A DNA stretch of 64,000 bases from Octopus sinensis (GCF_006345805.1 NC_043007.1:7378001-7442000), one strand, 5' to 3'; positions 40,377 to 53,232 are shown, numbered from the stretch's first letter. Notes: generated by a model not told the origin, from the letters alone. Numbers and translations: made by a program.

Positions 40377-40728
40377 ATAATAATTATAATAATAATAATA
40401 ATAATAATAATAAGAAGAAGAAGAAGAAGAAGAAGAAGGAGAAGAAAGAAGAAGAAGAAGAAGAAGAAGAAGAAGAAGAAGAAGAAGAAGAAGAAGAAGA
40501 AGAATAGGTAAGGATGACCGCTGCGAACTAATGTGGGCAAGCATGTGCGTGTTTGCGAGAATGGTGTTTGCGAGAATGGTGTATGTTGTGTGAATGGGGC
40601 GAGTGAGACTAACGTGTATGTGTGTGTGTGTGTTGTGTATGGCAGTTGATGTGTGCTTGTTCAGGTAGTATGTACATTTATATATATGTATAGCTCTAGA
40701 TTTATATGTATACACACACACATATATA

Positions 40729-40762
<34 letters not shown>

Positions 40763-40870
40763 CATATGAGCATAAATATATAAGTGTGTATGTGTGTGGA
40801 ATAAAATAAACTGCATGAGAGATGAAAGAGTGAATAGATTGGAGATGAAGAAAAATAACCATGTATATGG

Positions 40871-40945
<75 letters not shown>

Positions 40946-40979
40946 TATCACTTGTGTGTGTGTGTGTGTGAGTGTATTC

Positions 40980-41280
40980 TTTTATTCTTTCATCTCCTTG
41001 TCAATCATTTGACTGCAGTGAAGTTGGGTCAAGGCCTTAAAGAGTATTTTAGACTAACAAATCGACCCCAGGACTTTTTAAACCTTAGTACTTATACTAT
41101 TCGTCTTTTGTCGAACACACCAACACACCAACACCGCTCGTCAATCGTCAATCTACCAAATCTACTCACAAGGCTTTGGTCGGCCCGAGGCTATACTAGA
41201 AGACACCCGTGCAAGGTGCCATGCAGTGGGACAGAAACAGGAACCATGTGATTGAGAAACAAGCTTCTTACCACCCAGCA
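40980..41280 (-). mobile_element. SINE family A, diverged copy
   Basis: ctcacaaggctttggtcggcccgaggctata and remnants of the 3' half. Confidence 0.8.
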
Positions 41281-42408
41281 AACAAAGTGATTAATGATTT
41301 GCTCCAGTTGAGTATAAACACAGGGCCCATCATTGCCTTCAGTCGGATACTTATTGTTTCAAGCCTGTCTACTCATCATTCTCGTGTGTCGGACTTTCCT
41401 ATCAAAAGCATGACGGAAAATTCCCTTACCAATGATTAAATCATTATGCAAGCAAAAGAAATACAATTAAAGTTCTTCGAGATCCACTATTCCCAAAAAA
41501 GAATTATTTCAATTCTGTCGAAAGTTTCTAAATCCTTTATAAATGTCGACAACATGCAATTCAGTTTGGTAAGAATAAAGTTTCTAAAATGGAGAGAGAA
41601 ATTTGAAGAATCGCTTTGGTCCAATGGATGAATGATTGTTATGTCTACCGGAGATGTGGGTTTTAGAACAGAGAGCAGCCTTGAAATTTTTGTACCGGAA
41701 GGGGTCTTTCAACAAAATATCCACATGCTATTTATAGCTCTTTAGCTTCGTTATCCATTGTTTCAAAATGGAATTATTTCACGTTCTCTGGGTAGTTTAT
41801 GAATTCCCATGATGTCAACAATAAAACACTTCAAATATTCTGATGCTAGAATAATCCTTCCCGCAACTGATGGAACTAGAACTTTCTTCTCTTTGTTAAA
41901 CGAATTATGTCGTGTAGAAGTAAGCTCCTAATCTCCATAGCAAACACGAATATAGTAACATATGCGATTTCCTAATTTCCGTCTCCTCAGGAGAAAATAA
42001 TGTAATAATTTATGCAAGTTACTAGTATTTCCTGCATTTACGAATACATTAAATATTTATATATGCAAATTCCTAATCTCTCTCCCAGACACCGCTGAAG
42101 TAAATATTAATATATGTATTTACATAATCTCAACTGCAGATAACAAATATAACAAATATTAATTTATGTCCGTTCCTAATAGCTCCAGTAAATATTAGTA
42201 CAGCTATTCGTAACCGCTAAATATATGGCCTTTGAAGTCTAAAGCAGCACAGCAGGTGCATGTATGTATATATACATATACATACACACACATACACATA
42301 CACATAAACATATATAAATCTGTGTGTGTGTGAATAACTATGTATGTATGTATGTATGTATGTATGTATGTATGTGGTTATGTATACATACATATATATA
42401 TATATATA

Positions 42409-42782
42409 TATATTGGCAGGGCAAGACTGCTAGGTAGTCGGCCGTATGCTAGAAATAGATCATCAACGATAATCGGTAAAACTAAACACGTGTCTATTTT
42501 GGTACAGAAAGCAGGGGTTAGTTTTTTAGATTTCATTTACACTGAACGATTGTACTGATGAGGCCACGGACATTTGAATTATGTAAGTAATTCTTTTGTT
42601 AAAGGCCAAAACCGAGGTATGCAATTCTGTTTTTTATATAAATTTTCATCTGTCCTGCCCGCCAAATTTGGTTCTGGTGTTCGCTGAATTTTTCCTCTAG
42701 AGAACTTTCTTTGTAGTTTGATCGTTGATGATCTATTTCTAGCATACGGCCGACTACCTAGCAGTCTTGCCCTGCCAATATA
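42409..42782. repeat. Perfect 62-bp inverted repeat (42409-42470 / 42721-42782) enclosing a 250-bp ribozyme-bearing segment
   Basis: tattggcagggcaagactgctaggtagtcggccgtatgctagaaatagatcatcaacgat and its exact reverse complement. Confidence 0.95.
42548..42626 (+). ncRNA. Type I hammerhead ribozyme motif with extended stem II and a G12-to-A core substitution
   Basis: Stem I gattgta/tgcaatt, CTGATGA 42555-42561, stem II ggcc/ggcc with internal gaatta/taattc hairpin, AAAA instead of GAAA at 42608, stem III a-cc-ga-gg-t, GUA triplet. Confidence 0.7.
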
Positions 42783-42894
42783 CACATATATTAGAACTTT
42801 CTCTGATTTCTCAGATTTTTTGTATGCTAGACTACTGGTTTTAAATTGATATTAAAATTAATTTTAATTTATCTCCCTCATTATTTAAATTTTG

Positions 42895-42987
<93 letters not shown>

Positions 42988-43509
42988 GTGTATATAGTTA
43001 ATTCCAATAAAAACCAATTCAAATAAACGAATAAAAACGGACAACATGGAGGTAATAGTTTGAAGTTCGATGCAAGGAGAGAGTTTGACGATTCGAGTAT
43101 TGCTGTTCGTCGGAAAAGACAAAGGGGAAAGTTCGAAGAAGGAAAAGAAATCGCCAACGGCACATGTGTAGTTACATTGCTGAAGTGACCGGAAGTAGAA
43201 AGAGATAGAGAAATGGTTTTTTGGGTGGTGACAAGAGTGTGTGAACATGGCCAGTATGAGTTTGTATGTGTGTGTGTGTGTTGTGTGTGCGTGGTGCTAC
43301 ATGTACGTTCGTATGTGTGTATGCGTGTGGGTCTTTGTATATATATATATATATATATATACGTATGTATGTATATATATATACGATGTACTGTTCCGTG
43401 ATGGTAAGATCAATAAAGAGAGTACTCCATCTTTTTATCGCTTTTATTTTTTAACTTCTACTTTTCCGTTTTCCATTTTCGTTTTCCGTTCTCAGCCTTC
43501 CGTATGTTC

Positions 43510-44560
43510 TATCAGGTTAAATAAAAAGTAAGCAACATTTTGAACCATGAAGAATTTGTACCCGGTTTTTGCAGAGTTTTGAATCTGTTTTTAACATTTT
43601 TTTTTTGCAATTGTCTTTCCCAAATGCATCAATAAATTAACATTGATATTTTTTTTCACCGTTCTTAGAATCATCTGAAATGGAACTGTCAAAGAGCGAT
43701 ATTCGAGCGATTTTACTATTCAACTTCAAAAGAGGACGTAAAGCAGTTGAAACTGCTCGCGATATTAACAAAAGATTTGGTGAGGAAATGACCAGTGAGT
43801 GGTGATGTGATTTCGAAAATGTTTTAAACGATTTCGCAGTGCCGACCTGAGCCATGAAGATTGTGAGCGTATTGGACGCCCATCTGTCATCGTTGACGGT
43901 CAATTGAAAACTGTCATTGAGAAAGATCCACGTAAAATCACTCCAGAACTGGCAAAATAACTTCAAGTTAGCCAGAGCTGTTTGCAATCATTTGCATGCG
44001 ATCGGAAAATCAGAAAAGCTTGACAAATGTGTACCACACGATTTGAATGATAATCAGAAAATGCGCAGATATGCAATTTGCTCATCGCTTCTTCTCTGTA
44101 ACCAGATCGACCCATGTTTCAACCGTATTGTAAATTGCAATAAAAAGTGGATTCTGTACAATCATAAAAAGCGTTCTTCGCAGTGGTTGGACCAAAATAA
44201 AGCACCAAAAACCTTCCTTAACCCCGAGCTCTTGAAAAAGAAGATTGCAGTGATTGTCTGGTGGTATAATGCTGGACACATCCACTATAACTTCTTAAAA
44301 CCCGGAAAAACCATTACTGAGGAAACATACTGTTATGAAATTGCCAAAATGAACGAAAAATTGCTACTCCTCCATTTCAGACTGGTCAACAGAAAAGGGC
44401 CAATCAATCTTCATGACAATGCTTAACCACAAGTTTGCCTAATGACACTCCAGAAGGTGAGGGAACTTGGCTACAAAGTTCTTCCCCAGTCAGCTTATTC
44501 ACCAGACTTTTCTCCAACCGACTACCACTTTTTCAAGCACCTTGATAGATCGCTTGAAAC
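43510..44560 (+). mobile_element. Mariner (Hsmar1-like) transposon, near-complete but inactivated transposase
   Basis: Left TIR-like tatcaggttaaataaaaagta. ATG at 43680, MELSKSDIRAILLFNFKRG. Relics CVPHDL (WVPHEL), KWILY, VWW, LHDNA, AYSPDFSPTDYHFFKHL. Stops and frameshifts; first catalytic D altered. Confidence 0.92.
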
Positions 44561-44838
44561 GGCCGTAAGGAATTTTCACCTGTGCCTCTTTGTTACGCAT
44601 TTATGCTTTATTCACCTATCCTGGTGCTTCGGAAATTTTACAGATAGTATTTTAATATAAAGTACATGCCTGAATAACCAAGAGCGGATCTCTTCATTAA
44701 ACTGGGTCATATTATATGCATACATTGCAAGAATATCACGTGGCCACACTTCTAGTTCGAGTTTCATATTCACTTAACATTGCTTGGGTGTGCATGTTAC
44801 TCTGACCTAACAAGATGCCGCAAATGTGTTATATATAT

Positions 44839-44985
44839 AATCGGTAAAACTAAGCATGTGTCCGGGTTTTATATAGAAAACTAGTGTTTAGTTTTACAAA
44901 TTATATTGAATTTGAAACGATCGTACTGATGAATCTACGGACGAAGAATTACGTAAGTAATTTATTCGCATATGGCAATCCACCT
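44839..44985 (+). mobile_element. Second, truncated copy of the hammerhead-bearing repeat seen at 42471-42720
   Basis: Shares the aatcggtaaaactaa.ca.gtgtc start, cgat.gtactgatga core and gaatta.gtaagtaatt hairpin. Confidence 0.75.
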
Positions 44986-45029
44986 AGTGGATTTTTTAGC
45001 CCTAAATATACACATGTATTGAAACATAT

Positions 45030-45118
<89 letters not shown>

Positions 45119-45480
45119 CAGATAGATATGTACATACACACATATATAATATATATAATTGAACGAAAAAGACAGGAAAATGTTGGAGGTCTGAAAGATC
45201 ACCTTTGGTTTTCATCTAATTTAACGAAGTTTGCAACTGAGCGAGACTATTAAATGAAACCCATGTCAGGGGACAATAATTTGTATACCATCACCGATGC
45301 GGCGGTTTCTATGACCAAACCACTTAACTATTAATTAACCCAATCCACCAAAGTGAAATGATATTCCATGGAGAATAAAAACTCGGTGTTCTAGACAAAG
45401 TTTTCAGTCGTAAATGGAATTAAAATGCATTGTAATCTGACACATAATTGTTGATAAGTACATATATACAGGCACACACT

Positions 45481-45530
<50 letters not shown>

Positions 45531-45571
45531 ACACACACACATACATATATATATATATGTATGTATATATG

Positions 45572-45622
<51 letters not shown>

Positions 45623-45808
45623 ATATGTATGTATGTATGTATGTATATATAAATACATACATACATACATACATACATACATACATACATACATACATAC
45701 ATGCATACATACATACATATAAAAACATATATACATATATATATATTATATATATATATATATATATAATATATATATATATATACATATATATACATAT
45801 ATATATAT

Positions 45809-45839
<31 letters not shown>

Positions 45840-45949
45840 CATACTACATATAATATTTGTAAACAAACCAGAAAAGATTTCCGAGTTACAGAGAGAAAGC
45901 TAGAATGGAAGACTCATCGTATATATTCATTAAATTTGGCTGAAATTGA

Positions 45950-46035
45950 TGGGTGAGCGTTTGGCCCAATCGGATGGCGTAAGGAGCCATCTTAGTGTTG
46001 ATTTGTGGGTTCGATTCTTGCTGGGGTTAGCTCAT
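45950..46035 (+). other. Degenerate tRNA-like or SINE head
   Basis: A-box-like tggcccaatcgg and B-box ggttcgattc; no intact cloverleaf. Confidence 0.3.
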
Positions 46036-46250
46036 CATTTTTCGGTAATTTGTTTGTATTTAAAAATACGTCAAATTGGAGAATATATATATATATATAT
46101 ATATATCATTAAGATAACAGCAGTTTGCAATGATTCACCAAATGGGAGAATTAAAAATGTCACTAAATGTTACTATGGTGTTAGGAAATGCATACATTGC
46201 TAGAAATAACTATATATATATATATGTGTGTGTGTGTTAGTGTGTTTATA

Positions 46251-46323
<73 letters not shown>

Positions 46324-46829
46324 ACAATCAGATAATCGGCATTAGTCATAATTCCGCCGTTATATTCATCCCAATTTGTATCGCAAGTCTTGGAGATGAA
46401 GCAAATGCCACATTCTCTTCAGATGCTTTCTATCAGTTTATTGCTGCGAAATATACTTCTGATATTCTCCGCGACTTGCTATGATCATCATCCTAATAAA
46501 TATACATTTGTATCGGTTTGATCTTTTCAACATGTTACAAATAGAAATAAATGCCCTTTATATTTGTAAGATTCTGGTATATAACAGGCTCTAAAATCCA
46601 TGTAATTGTCGGGAAGAACAAATGTTATAGATGAGATATTTACATATAGGATTTAGGTAACACACCTGAACATAAATCATATATGACGTATTTAAGCGTT
46701 ATTTGTGCTTGATATTTCCAAATATAATTAATATGTAAAGTTTTGAATGAAATTAGTTTATCCATGCTGTTTTAGCGATGTTATATTTCTTGTAATAAAA
46801 GACTACTCTCAAACAACCATATTCACTTT

Positions 46830-47545
46830 GTTCGGGGAAAGTGGACACATGAACAACAAAGTCGATAAAGCTCGTAGCATGAGCTCCTGGATCCTCATAA
46901 CATTTTGGTTCAGACAAGATCATTTCTATCTTCAATTCCTTTGTACGAACACACTTAGAATATTGCCGATCCTGTGTTCTCTTCGCATAAAACAAAACGT
47001 TACGAGAATTGAGTCACCCCAGAGAGTATTCACTAAAATAATTAAGGGGACGACTGATCTTGATTGTTGGGACCACCTTAAAACATTGAAACTTTATTCT
47101 CCCCAGCACCGCCGTGAGCACCGCATCCTTTGCACAATGTAGAGAATATACCACCAGAACCGCCCAAACGAACTTTATATTAGATTCAGAATTCATCCAA
47201 AGCTGGGGGCCTCATGCCATACGTCTCCTACACAATTCAGGGTCACCGCATAGCAATTTCGTTTCCTCAGCAGGCTCTGCTCTATTTAACATGGTCCCAA
47301 AAGAAACCAAAGAAGAAAAAAATCTCATCACCATCAAACGAAACCTGGACGGGTTTCTTCAAGGGATACCAGATAAGCCAATTATACCTGAAAACACGTC
47401 AATCAGTAACGATCCTCTACTTGAATGGGCCAGGATATTACAAAACTTGACTTGAAAATAACTTAACAGATCCTATCAAGTGGTGTTATTAAGCTAGACA
47501 TGGCATTGGCCATTCTTTAGCAGAAATATATCCAAATTATCTAGG
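46830..47545 (+). mobile_element. CR1-like LINE 3' fragment
   Basis: RIESPQRVFTKIIKG..WDHLKTLKLYSPQHRREH..ALFNMVPKE..KRNLDGFLQGIPDKP. Confidence 0.85.
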
Positions 47546-47744
47546 TTAACTAAGTTCTATACATACATATATATATACATACGTACATACGTACGTCTAT
47601 ATTACACACACACACACACACACACACGGACACATATACATCTATATATATATGTGTATACAAACTGAATTATGTCATATGGGAATCGATTTAATTTCGT
47701 CTGTGATCATTTATGTATTTCTTTCTGTTATTTGCCATTAACAA

Positions 47745-49230
47745 GCAAATCACCAAAACAGTCAAAATCAGTCACCACAATCGCCTCAACATTTTTGCTC
47801 AATGCACAAAACATCGGCCCTTCTACCAATGCCTAAAAATGGAAAATCCAATTTATTAAGGACTGGGTCAATGACCATCCACACCATATCTCTTTTTTCG
47901 TCCTCAATAGTCTCCACTTGGAAGCTAAGGGGTGAGTAAAGAATTTTACAGCCATCCGGGAAGATCGTGTCGGCAGAAGAAAGGGTGGGACCGCCATTTT
48001 CATGCATGATTCTTTTTCGGCTGAAGCAATGGACGTGTTTACCAATGGCTACTACGAAGCAGCTTCTATGTATAGTAAAACCAACAATTTAATAGTAGTT
48101 GGGTTCTATAGGCCACCCCTAACTCCTTTTCTATGCTTCAAGGAATACCTCAGCAGCATTAAGTGTTTCATCCATCAGTGTCATGCTGACAACATATTAA
48201 TGATGGGCGACTTCAACCTTCCCAGTGTTGATTGGTCCAAAAACAGCTTGAAACTAATTTTTTCCACCCCAATCCCTGATAAGGAAGCACTCGAATTGCT
48301 TTTTGATTTCATGGAGGAGTTTTTCCTGACCCAACTTGTTCATGAATCAACAAAGTGTGACAAAAACATCTTACACCTATTGTTTAGAAACCTCACTGAC
48401 ACTATCCTCAATATTGCAGTGGCAAAAACACCATTACTCTCAGACCATAACATAGTTCTCTGCGATCTGAGATTCTACCATCCAAAAATCAAATCCAGTG
48501 ACATCTCTCCAACTCATCCATTTGACACTATTAATCTTCATAACGCAGACTGGAATGCGATCAATCGTGATCTTTCACAAGTTGATTGGGTCTTCATGCA
48601 CGCACCCCATCCACCAACATAAACACATCGTGGCAGACATTTGTAGATACTGTGACAAATATTTGCACAAAACATACTCCAATAAGATCAGTATACAAAT
48701 CTAAGTGCAGAATCTCTAGAAATAGAAGAGCAATTATCAGAAAAATAAAAGAAGTAACAAGAAAATCAACCAACTTAAATACTGTCAGCAGCAACGCACC
48801 CTTTCGACTGCCATTGCATCACTCGAAACGAAAAATCACGACCACCAAAAAAGTCTGATGACCATCCTTAACAGACAAAGAGTAGCTGAGGAGAGTTTGG
48901 GCCATTGAGAAAATAAAGCTCAATCCCAAAATGTTCTTTTCATTTACAAAAAAAAACATAAAGATGCTGTTTCCACTGTTGGTCCTCCGGTTGATCAGAA
49001 CAAAACTCTACATGATGATGCAAAATCCATGTGCGGGATACTGCAGAGACAATACTGCTCTGTCTTCAGTAACGCTAATGCGGTTGATCTGGCTAGTATC
49101 AGTGATGTAAACCCTCAGCTAACCATATCTGACATAACTTTTGGTGCTCCTGATATCCGAAGAGAAATAGATAAGATCAAGCACAATTCGGTAGTAGGTC
49201 CCGATAAGACATCAAATTGCACCCCTTCTA
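47745..49230 (+). mobile_element. CR1-like LINE ORF2 5' part: APE endonuclease and linker, broken before the RT
   Basis: EDRVGRRKGGTAIF, GFYRPP, MGDFNLPSVDW, SDHNIV motifs, then NPKMFFSF and IKHNSVVGPD; stops and frameshifts. Confidence 0.9.
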
Positions 49231-49288
49231 ACTGAGCTCTGGAGAAACTCACTTGATGCAGGCTACATTCCTGATCCTTTTCTTTCCC

Positions 49289-49448
49289 AGTAGTTGGGCT
49301 CTATAGACCACCCTTAACTCCTTTTCTACGCTTCAAGGAATACCTCAACAGTATTAAGTGTTTCATCCATCGGTGTCATGCTGACAACATATTAATGATG
49401 GGCGACTTCAACCTTCCCAGTGTTGATTGGTCCCAAAACAGCTTGAAA
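49289..49448 (+). repeat. 160-bp direct duplicate of APE segment 48094-48253
   Basis: I count 8 substitutions in 160 aligned bases. Confidence 0.9.
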
Positions 49449-51654
49449 GGACCACTAGAAATAGTGAGTAACAGATAATGTGGGGAAATCACGTAAAACT
49501 GGCTGAGGACGAAAATAAAATGAAAAGCTATCCATTGTATAGAAATTCCTGGATACATTCCTCTTGATCCAGGACAATCTCCAATGTAGGCTAATCTGGG
49601 AGAACCGCAGATCCAAGACGACACTGACTAACAAGGAAAGTATCTTCTCTGAGCAGTTGTTTTCTCTTAGCGTTTTCACCTACCTTTTGACAATCATTGA
49701 AGGCGACAACAACCATTCCACTGCCACCGTCCATTCCCAGTAGAAATAGTAAAGATTTACTTGGAGGAGCTCTTGGCTGGCGTGGAATGTTCCCATTTTC
49801 AGTCTTTTCCACTGCAAACACTACACAGCCTCTCTTACTCTCCACATCTAACAGAGGAAAGTTGTCTACCCTATCGTTTAAAGAAAACGATTTACAGAAT
49901 GAATTTTACGATAACACCTGAACGACAATTCCACCAGTTAGTAACACTCGGACACGTTGTATGCAGCACAGTTTCGTCTCTCTTCGCATCCCCAATAGTC
50001 CCCCATGGCATTAATTCTTAAAGACTTTCCTTGTGCTTCGTGGTTGCACAGACCGTTACCGATCAACGCACTTTTTGTTATGTTCGATAAACCTACTAGA
50101 AAGATCGAAGTGTATATTTATTAAGACGATAAATGTCTGAATTCAATGAGAGTGTTGGGAGTCGATTTCTTTCAGAACAGTGATCTGACTTGAAACATCT
50201 GGTGAAATTATCTCTAACTCCTTTCCACGCCCCGCAATATTGAGGAAAAATATTATTCTATTTTAAATCAAATATTAAGCGCCAGGATAATATTAAAAAA
50301 TAAATATGAATAAAACCTGCCTTTTACTGTAGACATCAAAGAGCAATTAATCATACGACACAAAAGAGCAATTAAATTAATTCCACAATGAATTGCAGAC
50401 GATATAAATAAATATAATTCGTGATGAATTAAATTTGAGGAATTTCATCAGGATGAAGCCATGATTCCATTATTTTCCTGGTAACATCAAAAGATTTTAA
50501 TCATAAAGAGACAAGAAAACGATAATGATTGAATGTTCAATGAAAATTTGATATAAATGGCAATTGATCTAAGCAGCAACTTATCCGAGTAAGTGAGAAA
50601 GTGTATTGATTTTAAGGATCATTTTACTTAATAAATAGATCGATATAATTACGATGAACTGATTAAAATTTCAAAAAGTATGAAAGTTATAAATGAAAAA
50701 TACATTACATAAATAATAAATAATACGTTCACTGCTTTGACATAATTTTTGATTTTATTTCCACAAAAAGCATTTTTTCGTACATGAGCGAATATAGATT
50801 AGAAAAATCGACGTTAGATTTTCTTCAAGTAAATAAAGATAATTTAAGATAATTTGGAATGATCCATTGACACTATAAAAGTAATTTAAAGAAACGTGAA
50901 AATAATGTTTCTGCTATAGCTGAATATATATATATGTCTATCTATTTCTGTCTGCCAGTCCCATTAAATTGTAAGCATAACCTTCTTTAGGTGAAGTTCT
51001 GCTTTGGAGATTGTTTGTGGTGGTTTGCTACGCTATCCTAATGACCGTTTGCACTTCACATTGTTACACACAATCTATGTTTCATCCTTGGTAACCATTT
51101 TTTTGAAAAATAAGAATGGTTTTTATCACGCTTCAGCAAGGAATCGCTGATAGAAATCCGTTGATCGAGGACCCGAACATCGAACCTGCTGACGTCACCA
51201 AGTTCATGGGTTTTCGACAATCTATTTAGATATTTGGAGAATGTCTACAATCACAGCAATTACGGGGATTGGTGCCGATTCAGTCGTTCATTTTGCCGCT
51301 GTTATTTTAGGTGTGCCAGAGCGATGTGCATCTTTAATGGAAAAATCTTCCGATTGAAATTTTGACAATCACTTCTGGCACAAACTTCCTGGGACCCTCT
51401 GCGTACCCAAGACATGCGTTTCAACAAAATGCAAGAACCATATCCCATGTTGTAATGGGAGTGTCCAAGAGGAAATGTACTTAGTCTCACAAGACATACA
51501 GAGGTCCCGAGTTATACACATATACATACACACATTCACATGCAAGCACAAACATACGTACGTGTGTATATGTGCATGCTTGTACGTGTGTGTATGTATG
51601 TGCGCGTGTGTGTGTGTGTGTGTGCGTGCGCGTCTTTGTGTCTGTGTCATCCTC

Positions 51655-51810
51655 CCTTCAGTTGAGGACCAGTGTAGAGTTATTTATCTCCCCGTAACTT
51701 AGTCGTTCGGCAAATAGAGTCGGACAGAGCTTAGAATAATTGCTGTGATCGATTTGACCGACGAAACCTTTCCGGATGGTGATTCAAAGGCTGCAGGCCA
51801 ATGGCTGAAC
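51655..51810 (+). mobile_element. SINE family A 3' half, degenerate
   Basis: ccccgtaacttagtcgttcggcaaatagag..gaacaagtaaaa. Confidence 0.6.
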
Positions 51811-51817
51811 AAGTAAA

Positions 51818-51869
<52 letters not shown>

Positions 51870-52157
51870 CGGGTAAGTAGCAGTAATTGGGATGTGCTTT
51901 CGTACTCTTAACGATAGAGTCCATTCGTTTTTGAAGTAAATAATTATTGTGGGAACTGGAAGGTTTCGTATTTTACGATGATACGTGATTCCCTCTTCGC
52001 TGGAAATAATCGGAGTAGACAAGGATTGAGGAGTCTCTGTGGTATTCATACGTTGTCACTAGGATTTCCAAGTGCGTCTGATGTCGACTGAAAACATTTA
52101 TTAGTGGATTCATTTCCACTTTTATATCTTTTTTACTGATTTTGTGTTTTTTTACAG

Positions 52158-52243
52158 GCGGGAGCTTGTGAAGTGTTTTCTATGAGAAAAGTGTGTTGGA
52201 CAGCAGCAGTTTCGGTTTTTGCTTCTTCTTTTCTTAACATAGG
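52158..52243 (+). CDS. Candidate 86-nt exon (AGACEVFSMRKVCWTAAVSVFASSFLNIG)
   Basis: Branch-like actgat, U-rich tract and CAG at 52157; donor gg|gtaaat at 52244; one open frame; product unrecognised. Confidence 0.3.
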
Positions 52244-52390
52244 GTAAATATTTACGCAGTCGTTATTCACTCTTTGTTCAAAAATTTCTAGTAAATTTTA
52301 TTGGATTTTCTTTTTTTTTGTTTTTTCGTTCTTTCGTTGTCATTTTTCTGCTTCTCTTTTGTTTTGTTTTCTCTTCTTTTTTTTTTTCAG

Positions 52391-52411
52391 GTCAGTATTT
52401 CCGTGTTTACG
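52391..52411 (+). other. Candidate 21-nt microexon or recursive splice site
   Basis: AG-free U/C-rich tract of about 95 nt ending CAG at 52390, immediately followed by GTCAGT; second donor cg|gtaaag at 52412. Confidence 0.35.
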
Positions 52412-52837
52412 GTAAAGTGTCTCAAATAGAAATGAGAAAAATAAATAACAAAAATCGAAAGACAGAGGAAAAAACATTATTCTGATATTTTAAGGAGTGG
52501 CAGAACAGAAATATATTTTGCACAAATATTTTTTGCTTAAAGGTTAATTAAGGCCATTTTGTATGCGTAGTAGTTAGTGAAATAGAATTTTGTATTGTGT
52601 GAGACAGACAGTGTGTGTGTGGTGGGGTCATTAGGCTACGCTGGAAAATTGAAGTGTATGTGGTAGGGTGTGGGATGTGCGAGGCAGAAGGGGATAAAAA
52701 GATAGCCATTTTACTGATGAAATTTATGAATACAACCACACATACTCACGATCCCACATATACAAATGCACAGGTACACACACACACTCATATATATATA
52801 TATATATTGCATATGTGGGCACAGGACGTCAAGAAAC

Positions 52838-53232
52838 ATATACAACAAAAAGGACAAACAAGGACAGACGAACGGATTAAGTCGATTACATCGACCCCAG
52901 TAGAAAGTGGTACTTAATTTATCGACCCGAAAGGATGATTGCAAAGTCGACCTCGGCAGAATTTGAACTCAGAGCGTAACGGCAGACGAAATGCGGCTAC
53001 GCATTTCGCCCGGCGTGCTAACAATTCTGCCAGCTCGCCGCCTTACTTCTTTTAATATTCTTTTCTACTCAAAGCACAAGGCCCGAAATTTTGGGGGAGG
53101 GACCAATCAATTAGGTCGACCCCAGTACGCAACTGGTATTTAATTTATCGACCCCAAAAGGATGAAAGGCAAAGTCGACCTCGGAGGAATTTGCACTCGG
53201 AACGTAAAGACAGACGAAATACCGCTAAGCAT
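52838..53232 (-). mobile_element. Two tandem SINE family B copies (52838-53043, 53060-53232)
   Basis: cgacccgaaaggatg..gcagaatttgaactcag..cagctcgccgcc, seen twice. Confidence 0.9.

Noticed and set aside
43680-44560. Domesticated SETMAR-like gene
   Set aside because: Stops, frameshifts and an altered catalytic residue; no SET domain
49450-50060. Possible Gypsy integrase/RT relic (FTYLLTII, SSLFASPIV)
   Set aside because: Motifs are isolated, in unexpected order and lack continuation
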